DNA of 58,763 bases from Aquificaceae bacterium (GTDB lineage: Bacteria > Aquificota > Aquificia > Aquificales > Aquificaceae): contig JBCNVD010000002.1 of NCBI GenBank assembly GCA_039630345.1, positions 1-58,763 of the forward strand. The letters are read 5' to 3'. The notes under the pieces are model-generated. The model was not told the DNA's origin. It saw only the letters and a program-made list of their open reading frames with translations, and searched no databases. Shown piece by piece: positions 31,922 through 41,444 of this stretch; within the stretch, counting starts at the first letter, position 1; each line of letters begins with the position of its first letter. The position numbers and the translations under genes are program-made.

Positions 31922-31949
31922 AAGAAATATCTTAACATACTTAAAGGTC

Positions 31950-33026
31950 GTGATAGCTCTCATTTACCTCTCCGGGCTTTTATCCATAAGCGCCTTTGAA
32001 GCCCTGATGATACTTTTATTCCCTTTAGCTCTTTATCTGCTTAGGCGCGACAAAAGCGGTCTATTCTTGCCTCTGTCTTTGCATGCTATTTCTTTAAATC
32101 TCTCGACACTTGTTTATGCACCCCATGGCATTTTGCTATCCATGGAAAGAAGTCTTTTGCTGTTTAACTTCTCTCTTGGAAGGTTTTTCCGTTTGAATGA
32201 GCTTTTTATAAATAGGTTAATTATTTTGACAGGGTTAATGATCTTGCCGTATTCTTTATATACTTATCTTAAAACCTCTGAGCCGAGCGTTATATGGGGC
32301 GGGTGGTTTGAAACGGGTGCTTTTTATAGTCTTTTTTGCCTATCCGCTCTTGCTCTTTTTATAAAAAGTGGCAGGATTTCTTATCTCTTTCTGGCTTTTG
32401 TTTTTGCTTTTGTGGTGATTTTGACCGCAAGGCGCTCTTCTATAGTGGCGCTTTTTTTGATAGTTGTTATTAGTTTTTTTATGTTTTTTCCAAAAAGAAA
32501 AGCTCTGACTTATTCCTTTGGCGTTTTTGCCCTTGCTATTGGTCTTAGTTTGATTGTCTTTTTAAAAGACCCCCGCTTTGGCTCTTTGCTTGATGGTTTT
32601 AATCTGTCTTCTTTTGATAGGTTTTCAAGCAACAGATTAGAGCTTGCCCTGAGAGGTCTTGAAATTATTTCAATCTCGCTCAAAGAAGGGCGCTGGTTTT
32701 CGCTAATTTTTGGCAATGGCATCCTGCCGGGCAGTAGATTAAACCCCCCAAGCCATGTAGGTGGCACCTATGAGTCTGTGTTTTTTATCTCTGAAACTGT
32801 TGAGAAAGGGCTTTTAGGTCTTGCTGGCATTTTAATTTTGTGGGTCAGATACTTTAGGTTTTTACTCTCTGTTAGATTGAGCCGGGAAAATGCTCTTATT
32901 TTGCCATTTTTGATGATGCTTGGGTGGCATTTGCTATCTTCTGTTTTTACGCATTTTTGGGATGCCCTTTTGCCGATGTATCTTATCTTTTTTAGAGTTG
33001 CGATGCTAAAGCTCCGTGCTAACTAG
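31950..33026 (+). CDS. O-antigen ligase (WaaL/Wzy_C)-like membrane protein
   Basis: Multi-TM; LTARRSS, SSNRL, IFGNG, EKGLLGL pattern. Confidence 0.7.
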   Translation: MIALIYLSGLLSISAFEALMILLFPLALYLLRRDKSGLFLPLSLHAISLNLSTLVYAPHGILLSMERSLLLFNFSLGRFFRLNELFINRLIILTGLMILPYSLYTYLKTSEPSVIWGGWFETGAFYSLFCLSALALFIKSGRISYLFLAFVFAFVVILTARRSSIVALFLIVVISFFMFFPKRKALTYSFGVFALAIGLSLIVFLKDPRFGSLLDGFNLSSFDRFSSNRLELALRGLEIISISLKEGRWFSLIFGNGILPGSRLNPPSHVGGTYESVFFISETVEKGLLGLAGILILWVRYFRFLLSVRLSRENALILPFLMMLGWHLLSSVFTHFWDALLPMYLIFFRVAMLKLRAN

Positions 33027-34035
33027 ATTTATTTTCTTCACAGCTCTTAAGTATGCATTTGCTCTAACTCTTATCCTGGTGGGAATTTTGCAAATATATT
33101 TAATAGGAGATTCAATCCTATCTGGAAGGGTGTTTTTTGAGCTGTTTTTGTGGTCTTTGCCTGTTTTTTTATTTTATGCTATGCCTTTTGTCGCTTCAAT
33201 TTCCTGTATTTTGGTTCTTAGGAGCCTTCAAAAGAGGCGTCTTGACCTTGCCTTTTCGGGGTTTGGGATGTCTCCTCTCAGGCTTGCCCTTTATTTTGCG
33301 CCGATAGGCGCGCTCCTAACACTTTTTTCATTCATAATAGCCCTTCAGACATACCCTTATGGGCAATCAAGGCTTAGCATATCCCAAAAGCCCGGGGGGA
33401 TTATAAAAGACCTGTGGCTCGTTCAGAAATTTCCAGAGCGCACCCTCTTTTATCACTTTGGGATAGTTGACCTCTCTACGGGCAAAGTCTACGACGCCTC
33501 GGTGCTTGAGCTTAAAGACTATGTTATAAAAAGTTTGGTTCAGAGCAAAGAGGGGGTGTGGCTGGGTGATAGTCTTAAGCTAAACTCAGCCAGAGTGCTT
33601 GACCTTCTTTCGGGTCAGGAGAGTGTTAAAGACCTTAGCTACAGCTATGTGGTTCTTGAAAGGGTGGGTCAACTTGCAAAAAGACCCGAAGAGCTCTCTA
33701 TGGGCGAGCTTATTTTGCTCTCTTCTGTAGGTAAAAAAGTTGGACTCAATCACAGACAGTTTTTAAAAGAAGCTACTATAAGGGTTTTAAATTCCCTTGC
33801 TGTGTTTGTTTGTAGCTTTATCTGCATTGCTTTTGGGATATCTTTTCGCTCCTGGCGGTTTTCGCTTCTGGTTTTTTTCATAATTTTTACTTTTCATTGG
33901 CTTTTGCTTAATATTTTCTCCACGCTCCTTGAGAAAACAAATGTCAGCTTTGGGGCTTCTATAATTATATATACCCCAATTCTTGGGGTTTTAGGGCTCA
34001 GCCTTTACTATCTTCGCAAACTTCACAGGGTCTAG
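33016..34035 (+). CDS. LptF/LptG family LPS export permease
   Basis: 3 TM + periplasmic beta domain + 3 TM; FGMSPLRL, PEELSMGEL. Confidence 0.75.
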   Translation: MLTRFIFFTALKYAFALTLILVGILQIYLIGDSILSGRVFFELFLWSLPVFLFYAMPFVASISCILVLRSLQKRRLDLAFSGFGMSPLRLALYFAPIGALLTLFSFIIALQTYPYGQSRLSISQKPGGIIKDLWLVQKFPERTLFYHFGIVDLSTGKVYDASVLELKDYVIKSLVQSKEGVWLGDSLKLNSARVLDLLSGQESVKDLSYSYVVLERVGQLAKRPEELSMGELILLSSVGKKVGLNHRQFLKEATIRVLNSLAVFVCSFICIAFGISFRSWRFSLLVFFIIFTFHWLLLNIFSTLLEKTNVSFGASIIIYTPILGVLGLSLYYLRKLHRV

Positions 34036-34719
34036 GCTGGCACCCCCTACCAGCAAACCATCCACATCCGGCATTTTGAGAAACTCCTCGGCGTTTTCTG
34101 CGCTTACACTTCCGCCATAAAGAACCTTTATGTCAATATCCTGAGAGTAAAGCGCCTTTACGCTGTCTTTTATAATTTGGTGCATTTGCTGGGCGTCTTC
34201 GGGCTTTGCCGGGTTTGCACTCCCTATTGCCCAGATAGGCTCATAAGCGACTATCAATCTCTCTAGGCTCTGGATATCCCCAAGGGCTAATCTTAGCTGA
34301 GATTTTACGACCTCAAAGGCTACCCCTGCCTGACGCTCCTCAAGACTTTCGCCAACGCAAAGCACAGGCTGTATGCTTTCTTCTATCGCTGATTTGACTT
34401 TTTTAGCAATAACTTCGTTGCTCTCGCCAAAAATCTGACGCCTTTCAGAGTGTCCAACGAGAGCTAGGCTGACATTTAGCTCTTTTAACATCCTTAGAGA
34501 AACCTCCCCTGTATATGCGCCCTTTTTTTCAAAGTAAAAGTTCTGAGCTCCTATTGCAAATTCACCTTCAAAATCCTTAAAAACAAACAGACTCGCACAG
34601 GGCGCAAAAAAAGCAACCCCTTTTTCAAGCCCTTTTATCTCAGGAAGTATGACTTTTAGATACTCCCTGAGCTCTGAAGGGGTCATATTCATTTTAAAGT
34701 TTGCGAATTTGAGCTTCAT
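33991..34719 (-). CDS. tpiA: triosephosphate isomerase
   Basis: ANFKMN, GAYTGEVS, GHSERR, AYEPIWAIG, LYGGSV, LVGGASL. Confidence 0.97.
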   Translation of the reverse strand: MKLKFANFKMNMTPSELREYLKVILPEIKGLEKGVAFFAPCASLFVFKDFEGEFAIGAQNFYFEKKGAYTGEVSLRMLKELNVSLALVGHSERRQIFGESNEVIAKKVKSAIEESIQPVLCVGESLEERQAGVAFEVVKSQLRLALGDIQSLERLIVAYEPIWAIGSANPAKPEDAQQMHQIIKDSVKALYSQDIDIKVLYGGSVSAENAEEFLKMPDVDGLLVGGASLDPVKFAKIVKAEP

Positions 34720-35708
34720 ATCGTTGAATAAAGAGGCTTTACCCTTCCGCCCGGCGCAGAGTCTTCAAAGTCTCTTTCAACCCCAAGCTCTATAATGCAG
34801 TTTACAAGCTCGTGATAGAAATTTGCAACTTTCACCAGCCCGGTTTTCTTTCCGACCTCTTCAAAGGCCTTTATCTTGTCCGTTGCTTTGCCCCTTCCTC
34901 GCTCAACTATTGCCCCGGCATGACCAAAGGCTACCCCTTCGAGTTTTTCCTGAAACTTACCCGCAACAAAAGCGGCAACCGGCACTTTCCACTGACCTTT
35001 TTTATAAAGCTCTAAAATCTTGCTGGCTGCCTGCTCTTCGTAAGAGCCTCCAACTTCCCCCTGGATAATAACCCCCTTTACATTTTCGTCGTTTGCTATG
35101 GCTTCTAAAGCGTCTTCAAAGGTGGTGCAGGAGATTACATCCCCCCCAAGCGCAAGCGCCATATAAACCCCAAAGCCTCTTCTTTTAAACATCTCTGCAG
35201 TGGTTGTGGTCAGTCCCCCCGACTTTGAAAGTATCACCAATCCCCCCGGCGCATAGGCAATGCTTGGGTCTTTACCTCCAATTGCCCCTATCCTTGCAGG
35301 AATAGAAGGCACTATGCACCCAAGAGAGGTAGGTCCAACTATCCTTGCGCCCTTTTCGCGCGCATAGTGGTAAAAATACACCGTATCCCTTATAGGAACA
35401 TGCTCTGTTATTATGTAAATAAGCCCTATATTTGCATCAAGGAGCTCTATGACCGCATCTTTAACAGAAGCAGGCGGAACATAAATAAGCCCTGCATTAA
35501 TCTGCGGATGCTCTGAAATTGCCTGCTTCACGGAGTTATAAACTCTTATGTTCCCAACATAGCTCCCACCTTTACCCGGGGTTACCCCCGCAAGAACAAA
35601 CCCCGGATACAGGGCTTCAGACTCGGTAACAACCTGCGAAGCCTCACGGCCTGTTATTCCCATCACTACAAGGCGCGTCTGAGCATTTAAATAAACAGTC
35701 CCTTTCAT
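34716..35708 (-). CDS. SucD-like CoA ligase alpha subunit, probably citryl-CoA synthetase small subunit
   Basis: GITG, GVTPGKGG, SKSGGLTT, GEVGGSYEE, FGHAGA phospho-His motif; diverges from typical SucD (GPTSLG rather than GPNCPG). Confidence 0.7.
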   Translation of the reverse strand: MKGTVYLNAQTRLVVMGITGREASQVVTESEALYPGFVLAGVTPGKGGSYVGNIRVYNSVKQAISEHPQINAGLIYVPPASVKDAVIELLDANIGLIYIITEHVPIRDTVYFYHYAREKGARIVGPTSLGCIVPSIPARIGAIGGKDPSIAYAPGGLVILSKSGGLTTTTAEMFKRRGFGVYMALALGGDVISCTTFEDALEAIANDENVKGVIIQGEVGGSYEEQAASKILELYKKGQWKVPVAAFVAGKFQEKLEGVAFGHAGAIVERGRGKATDKIKAFEEVGKKTGLVKVANFYHELVNCIIELGVERDFEDSAPGGRVKPLYSTI

Positions 35709-35721
35709 CTTTTTTATTATC

Positions 35722-36471
35722 TCATAAACGCGGGGGGAGTTCCCCCCGCTGCCCCCCCTCTAAAAACAGTCTCAAAAAGTCCTCTGGCTTTAACTCGTGC
35801 ACTCTTTTGGTAGGCTCTATACCAAGAGACTCAAGCAACTCAGCATCTAACTTCTTACAAAGCTGTGCCTTTGGTTTTTTAAAGACCTCTTTTAAAAATC
35901 TCAGGTAGCTTTTTAAATCCAGCTCTGTGTCTTTGTGCTTTTGAAGTCTTATAAGCCCGGATTGCACCCTTGGCACGGGTCTAAAGAACCTGCCCGGCAC
36001 CGTCATTAAATACTCCACTTTAAAAAAGCTTCTTACAAAAACAGACATCAAAGAGCTCTCTTTTTGCAAATTCTGAGCAACCTCTTTCTGAAGAAGAAAT
36101 AGCCCGTCTTTTATGCAGTTTTTGTGGAGGATAAAGTTAACAATTATCCCGCTCCAGGCGCAGTAAGGCAAATTTCCAAAAACCCTAACCTCAGAGTTTA
36201 AAGAGCAAAAATCAAAGCTCGTCGCATCTGCATGGTGAAAATAAACCCTTTTGTCTTCTATAAATAGAAGTTTTTCCAGCATTTTCTGGTCTATTTCAAC
36301 AAGATGAAGTCTTTTGAAGTTAAATTTTAAAACCTCTATGGTCAAAGAACCTGTCCCGGGACCTATTTCAATAAGAACATCTTCTTCCTCAGGGTTTAAA
36401 AACTCTGCAATCGCTTGACAGACCCCTCTGGATATTAATATGTGTTGCCCAAGGGACTTTTTCAGTCTCAT
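35722..36471 (-). CDS. rsmA: 16S rRNA dimethyladenosine transferase
   Basis: KKSLGQHIL, EIGPGTGSLT, GNLPY, QKEVA, FRPVPRVQS. Confidence 0.93.
   Translation of the reverse strand: MRLKKSLGQHILISRGVCQAIAEFLNPEEEDVLIEIGPGTGSLTIEVLKFNFKRLHLVEIDQKMLEKLLFIEDKRVYFHHADATSFDFCSLNSEVRVFGNLPYCAWSGIIVNFILHKNCIKDGLFLLQKEVAQNLQKESSLMSVFVRSFFKVEYLMTVPGRFFRPVPRVQSGLIRLQKHKDTELDLKSYLRFLKEVFKKPKAQLCKKLDAELLESLGIEPTKRVHELKPEDFLRLFLEGGQRGELPPRL
35729..35763 (-). repeat. G6-G6-C6 palindromic repeat, copy C (inside rsmA 3' end)
   Basis: Minus strand TTAGAGGGGGGGCAGCGGGGGGAACTCCCCCCGCG. Confidence 0.85.
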
Positions 36472-36488
36472 AACTTAGAATATCTACC

Positions 36489-37103
36489 GTGATAGTTTTT
36501 CTGCTTCCTCATAGCAAAAAGCAGTCAAAAATAAGCCTGAAAGACTGCAGCTCCAAAGCCCCACCCCCTTCGATAGTTTCTACAAAGAGCGATAATAGGC
36601 TTTTGCCCCTTTGGAGACTCCTTAAAGGCCCTTTCTGGGAAAGTCTTGACCTGCCTGCTTTGCCACCACCTGTTAGGGATTTTATTCTGGATAATTCTCT
36701 GGTTTTGTCTCCCGTTTTTGGTATTTTATCCCCAAAAGAGTGCGTCTATATCCACCCATATAGCTGGCAAGAGCTTAAAAACATCTCCAAAAAAGTCAAA
36801 GAAATAGCAAAAGAAAGACTAAAAGGCTCCAGGGTTTTTATTTTCTGCAGCGCTTTTGAAAGGTCTTTAATAAAAGAAGCTCAGGTGAGTGAAACTATAG
36901 AGTTTCTTTTTTACAAAAAACAAACCCCTATAAAAGACCCAAGAAGACATCTTGCTTACTGTCTTAGATACATAGCCGAATACTGCCCGGATCTAAACTC
37001 CCTTGAGAGGATAAACTTTCTTGACTATAAGGTAGATTCCATCATAAAAAATGGTTCAAAAACCAAAGTTATACTCTCATCCCCGGGTTTTTACGGTATA
37101 TAA
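36489..37103 (+). CDS. hypothetical protein, possibly divergent YaaA/DUF328-like
   Basis: LLPHSKKQ N-terminus, VLSPVFGILSP...HPY resembles YaaA ILSGLYGLL.P...PY. Confidence 0.55.
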   Translation: MIVFLLPHSKKQSKISLKDCSSKAPPPSIVSTKSDNRLLPLWRLLKGPFWESLDLPALPPPVRDFILDNSLVLSPVFGILSPKECVYIHPYSWQELKNISKKVKEIAKERLKGSRVFIFCSAFERSLIKEAQVSETIEFLFYKKQTPIKDPRRHLAYCLRYIAEYCPDLNSLERINFLDYKVDSIIKNGSKTKVILSSPGFYGI

Positions 37104-37112
37104 TCTTTAACT

Positions 37113-38108
37113 GTGCTAATTTCGATAGTAATCCCGGTCTATAATGAAGAAGAAAACCTCAACAGGCTCTACGAAAAGCTAAAGCCAGTGGCAGAGCTTT
37201 TTGAGCACGAAATTATCTTTATCGACGATGGCTCTTTTGATAGTTCATGGCAGATTTTGATGTCTTTGGCTGAAAAAGACCCCAAGGTCAAGCTCATTCG
37301 CTTTAAGAGAAACTTTGGTCAAACCTCAGCCCTCTATGCGGGCTTTGAGTTTGCAAAGGGAGATATCATCATCACTATGGACGCAGACCTTCAAAACGAC
37401 CCTTCTGACATCCCAAAGCTCATACAGGTCTTAAATGACGGCTATCACATAGTAAGTGGCTGGCGAAAAGACCGCAAAGACCCTTTTCTCACCAGGCGCC
37501 TGCCCTCGATGGTTGCAAACTGGCTTATATCAAAAGTTACCGGCATAAAGCTTCATGACTTTGGCTGCACCCTCAAAGCCTATCGCTCCCATGTTGTTAA
37601 AAATTTTGAGCTCTATGGTGATTTACATAGATTCTTGCCCGCTCTTGGCGTAAGACTTGGCGCAAAAATCACCGAAGTGCCTGTTAAACACCACCCAAGA
37701 CTCTATGGCAGGTCAAAATACGGCATAGGCAGAACCATTAGGGTTTTGCTTGATATATTTTTGGTGAAGTTTTTAAACGAATATATCAGCAAACCCATGT
37801 ACGTTTTTGGCTCCTTTGGCGCTATTTTGTTCTTTATTGGCAGTTTGTCTATAGCTTACTTAATATTTATCAAGCTCTTTTTAAATCAGGATATAGGTGA
37901 TAGACCCCTTCTTCTAATGGGTATTATGTGCGTCCTTGCGGGCATTCAGCTTCTCTCAACTGGCATTTTAGCCGAACTACTTGTGAGAATCTATTACTCA
38001 ATTAAGTCTCAAAGACCTTACTACATTGACCAGCTTGTTAATTTTAGCTTAAATGAGCCTCCTGAAGATACTTCTCACACTGACAGCTTTTATAACCAGA
38101 GTCGTTAG
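37113..38108 (+). CDS. GT2 polyprenol-phosphate glycosyltransferase (ArnC/GtrB-like)
   Basis: SIVIPVYNEE, IDDGS.D, RNFGQ, MDADLQNDP, HDFGC, two C-terminal TMs. Confidence 0.9.
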   Translation: MLISIVIPVYNEEENLNRLYEKLKPVAELFEHEIIFIDDGSFDSSWQILMSLAEKDPKVKLIRFKRNFGQTSALYAGFEFAKGDIIITMDADLQNDPSDIPKLIQVLNDGYHIVSGWRKDRKDPFLTRRLPSMVANWLISKVTGIKLHDFGCTLKAYRSHVVKNFELYGDLHRFLPALGVRLGAKITEVPVKHHPRLYGRSKYGIGRTIRVLLDIFLVKFLNEYISKPMYVFGSFGAILFFIGSLSIAYLIFIKLFLNQDIGDRPLLLMGIMCVLAGIQLLSTGILAELLVRIYYSIKSQRPYYIDQLVNFSLNEPPEDTSHTDSFYNQSR

Positions 38109-38868
38109 ATAGTCTGAAAATCACCTCTTTGACAGTATCTAGCTTTTGAGATACCACCTTTGTAACCTCTGTGGCGGTTAATTTGCTCCTGCTTTTGCCA
38201 GCTGCAAGATTTGTAACTATGCATACTTTTGCATAGCAAATTCCCAGTTCTCTTGCAAGCGTGGCTTCAGGTCCGCCGGTCATTCCAACAACGCTTGCAC
38301 CAAGTTTTTCAAGAGCTCTTATCTCCGCAGGGGTTTCAAACCTTGGACCATGAGTGCATGCGTAAATTCCGCCATCTTGATAGTTAGTTCCAAGCTCTTT
38401 TAAAGCTCTTTTTATAGACTCTCTCATCTCTTTGCAATAAATATCGCTGCAGTCAACATGCACGATAGCGCCTCTTCTTATGAGCTTTGCAGGAAGGTCA
38501 TCGCCCTCTACCTCAATTGGCGTTCCTTCGTAAAAGGTCTCGTGCCTTGAGAAGTTTATGATATCTTCAGGAATAAGTATTTCACCTACGCTTAAACTTT
38601 CGTCAATTGCTCCAACTGCAGAAATGGCAATTATTCTGTCAACTCCTGAGGTTTTAAGCGCCCAGAGGTTTGCTCTGTGTGGAATTCTGTGAGGTGGCAA
38701 GCTATGCTCTTCTGAATGTCTTGCCAAAAAGGCAATTTCAGAATTATCCACTCTTACTATGTAGATTTTGCCTGATGGCTTTCCAAAAGGTGTAGAACTA
38801 TCTAAGATTTTAATTATCTCAGCCCCTGGAAAAGAGTAAAGCCCGCTTCCTCCTATTACGCCAAGCAT
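38044..38868 (-). CDS. mtnP: 5'-methylthioadenosine/5'-methylthioinosine phosphorylase
   Basis: GVIGGSG, TPFG.PS, FLARH, GPRFETPAE, VGMT; VTNLAAG (Asn) suggests 6-oxopurine/MTI specificity. Confidence 0.85.
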   Translation of the reverse strand: MLGVIGGSGLYSFPGAEIIKILDSSTPFGKPSGKIYIVRVDNSEIAFLARHSEEHSLPPHRIPHRANLWALKTSGVDRIIAISAVGAIDESLSVGEILIPEDIINFSRHETFYEGTPIEVEGDDLPAKLIRRGAIVHVDCSDIYCKEMRESIKRALKELGTNYQDGGIYACTHGPRFETPAEIRALEKLGASVVGMTGGPEATLARELGICYAKVCIVTNLAAGKSRSKLTATEVTKVVSQKLDTVKEVIFRLSNDSGYKSCQCEKYLQEAHLS

Positions 38869-39473
38869 CTTGAAGGGCAGTTTTCAAAAAGTGGGCATTC
38901 ATTGTGCTTTGGTTTTCTGGCAGTGCAGATATATCTTCCTAGCAACACCAGCAGATTTGACGCTTTTCCCCAGTCTTTCTGGTCAAAAATCTCCATTAAA
39001 TCAAGCTCAATCTTTTTAGGGTCTTTATGCTTTGTAAGACCCAGTCTTTGACTGACCCTACTTACATGAGTATCCACCGCTATGCCTTCGTTTTTACCAA
39101 AGGCGTTATAAAGAATTACATTCGCACTCTTTCTTCCGATTCCTGGCAATTTAAGCAGGTTTTCCATACTGTCTGGAACTTTTCCACCAAATTCCTCAAC
39201 AATCTTTAAGCAGGCTAATTTTATCCGCCTTGCTTTTGTCTTGTAATAATTTACTTCTCTTATTAAGTTTTCTAGCTCTTCAAGGGGTATATTCATGTAG
39301 TCCTCGCAGGTTTTGCAAACCTCAAAAAGCCTCTTTGTTATCTGATTTACTTTTCTGTCAGTGGATTGCGAAGCAAGTATAACTGCAATCAGTAGCTCAA
39401 GGGGGTTTTTATAATCTAGTTCTATCAGGGGGCTAAATCTTTTTTGCAGGTTTTCCAGAAGTTTGTTGCCCAC
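38856..39473 (-). CDS. nth: endonuclease III
   Basis: ELLIAVILASQSTD, HhH LPGIGRKSAN, AVDTHVSRV; Fe-S motif variant C-x6-H-x2-C-x5-C. Confidence 0.93.
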   Translation of the reverse strand: MGNKLLENLQKRFSPLIELDYKNPLELLIAVILASQSTDRKVNQITKRLFEVCKTCEDYMNIPLEELENLIREVNYYKTKARRIKLACLKIVEEFGGKVPDSMENLLKLPGIGRKSANVILYNAFGKNEGIAVDTHVSRVSQRLGLTKHKDPKKIELDLMEIFDQKDWGKASNLLVLLGRYICTARKPKHNECPLFENCPSRCLA

Positions 39474-39492
39474 TGTATAATTTTAGCAGCAA

Positions 39493-40245
39493 ATGGACTG
39501 GGAGAGCTACGCAGGTCTTTTTTTCGCAATGATATTCCTGGCGGTAGGTCTAACAACTGATTTTAAGCTACTAAGAAAACTCGCTGTTTTGTACTCTTCG
39601 TCTTTTCTTCTGATGTCCGCTGCAAACTTCATATCATCCTATAACCCTTCTGTAAAACAGCCTCTGGTTGCGCTTTCATACGTCATTTTAGCTGCTATAT
39701 TTTTTTACAACTATGCTTTTGCGAGTTCTTTTCGCAAAAGCTCTAACAAAGCTTATGTGGACCCTCTTACCGGAGCAAGAAACAGACTGTTTTTTGAAGA
39801 GGTATTTAAATCTGAAGTCAAGCGCCTTATAGCTTTTGATATTCAGTTTGCCATATTTTTCGTTGATGTAGATTGTCTTAAGTATGTCAACGACACTATG
39901 GGGCACGAAAAGGGTGATCTTCTTCTAAAGACCGTAGGCAATGCTCTTATAAGCTCTGCCAGATCCCGTCAGGATGTTATAGTTAGAATAGGAGGTGATG
40001 AGTTTGTTTTGCTTTGTCTTATAAAGCTTTGTTCAGAGTCTTTGATAATTGCCCAGCGTATTGAAGAAGCGCTCCAGAGCGCGCGCGAGAGAGTCTCTTT
40101 ACCTGTTTCTGCCTCGATTGGTTTTGCCTGCTATCCAGAAGATGGAAAAACGCTTGATACCCTGATAGAAGTTGCCGATAAGAGAATGTATGCTATAAAA
40201 AATCAGAAAAGAAATGCTGGTAATATATGCAAAGGAAGGACTTGA
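39493..40245 (+). CDS. membrane-bound diguanylate cyclase (GGDEF)
   Basis: 3 N-terminal TMs, DPLTGARNR, D.D.LKYVND..GH..GD, RIGGDEF, ADKRMY. Confidence 0.92.
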   Translation: MDWESYAGLFFAMIFLAVGLTTDFKLLRKLAVLYSSSFLLMSAANFISSYNPSVKQPLVALSYVILAAIFFYNYAFASSFRKSSNKAYVDPLTGARNRLFFEEVFKSEVKRLIAFDIQFAIFFVDVDCLKYVNDTMGHEKGDLLLKTVGNALISSARSRQDVIVRIGGDEFVLLCLIKLCSESLIIAQRIEEALQSARERVSLPVSASIGFACYPEDGKTLDTLIEVADKRMYAIKNQKRNAGNICKGRT

Positions 40246-41203
40246 AGATTTAGAGTTCTACCTAAAAAGTGAGGACATTCCCTACACGAAACGAGGACAG
40301 CTCATAATAGCCGTCTGTGAGGATGTAGAGTTTATAGCAAGCGCCAGCTCTATGCCTGAAAAACTTCGCCAGTCTATAAAGATAGTCAGGGCAAGTCAGG
40401 AGGATATACAGATTCCAGATAGAATGCTAGAGCTTGGTTTTAAATCAACCTTTCTAGACGACTTTCTTGAAGTGCATCTATACAATAACCTGTCCTCTAC
40501 TCTTGGCTCTTCTGAAACTTACTTTCAGGCAATAATAGATGTGAAAGCAAAAGACATATATGGCTTTGAGGCGCTTTGCAGAGCGCAGGTGCCTGTATAC
40601 AAACTCTTTAAAGTCAGCGACAGGGTTGCGCATCTTACCGACCACTTTTGCCGTGAAAAGGCGCTTTTAGAGTACAGGCGCCGCGGTCTTACGCGCTTTA
40701 ATCTGTTTTTAAACTTTCATCCTAAATTTCTCAGAAACCCTATTGAGAATGTAGGTGAAATCATCTCCTCTCTTGAGGTGAAAAATATCACCCCTTCGCG
40801 TATAGTGATGGAAATTGACGAATATGAGGGTATGAACCTCTCTAGTCTCAGGATGATTCGCGACTTTATGAAGGTAGAGGGCGTTAAAGTAGCCCTGGAT
40901 GATGTGGGAGCTGGCTATTCAGGTCTTTATCAGCTAACAGAGATAAAGCCTGATATTGCAAAGCTTGATATGCAGCTTGTAAGAGATGTTCATTCAAACA
41001 GTATGAAAAGGGCAGTTGTCAGAGGTCTTGTAAAGGCTTGTAAGGAAGCTGGCATAAAGGTCTTGGCAGAAGGCGTAGAAAAACAAGAAGAGCTGGAGTT
41101 TTTGCTAAGTATGGAAGTGGACTACCTTCAGGGCTTTTACTTTGCAAAGCCAACTCCCTATCCCGACCTTGAGAGCATAAAAGAGCGCGCAAGCTCCTTA
41201 TGA
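40214..41203 (+). CDS. EAL-domain c-di-GMP phosphodiesterase
   Basis: FQAI, FEALCR, FLNF, DDVGAGYS, AKLD, AEGVE, LQGFYFAKP. Confidence 0.92.
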   Translation: MLVIYAKEGLEDLEFYLKSEDIPYTKRGQLIIAVCEDVEFIASASSMPEKLRQSIKIVRASQEDIQIPDRMLELGFKSTFLDDFLEVHLYNNLSSTLGSSETYFQAIIDVKAKDIYGFEALCRAQVPVYKLFKVSDRVAHLTDHFCREKALLEYRRRGLTRFNLFLNFHPKFLRNPIENVGEIISSLEVKNITPSRIVMEIDEYEGMNLSSLRMIRDFMKVEGVKVALDDVGAGYSGLYQLTEIKPDIAKLDMQLVRDVHSNSMKRAVVRGLVKACKEAGIKVLAEGVEKQEELEFLLSMEVDYLQGFYFAKPTPYPDLESIKERASSL

Positions 41204-41434
41204 ATAAATTATCTCCATTAACTCTTTGGCGAGCGAAGTATTTATCTCTCTTAGTTTTTTGTATATCTCTCTGGCTTTTGAGACATTTCCCGTGCGCACA
41301 TATGCAACGCCTAACTTAAATAAAAGTTCTCCGTCATCTGGTGATTTTTCAAGCTGAGTTAGTAAATCCTGTATGTGCTTTTGCAATAAACTCTCGCCAA
41401 TTTTACTAAAAGCCCCTTTGAAAGAACTGTCCAT
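41198..41434 (-). CDS. small TPR protein
   Basis: ATG 41434 (MDSSF...); PDDGELLFKLGVAYVRTGNVSKAREIYKKL TPR; upstream extension overlaps mnmE and is rejected. Confidence 0.75.
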   Translation of the reverse strand: MDSSFKGAFSKIGESLLQKHIQDLLTQLEKSPDDGELLFKLGVAYVRTGNVSKAREIYKKLREINTSLAKELMEIIYS

Positions 41435-41444
41435 AATATAAATC

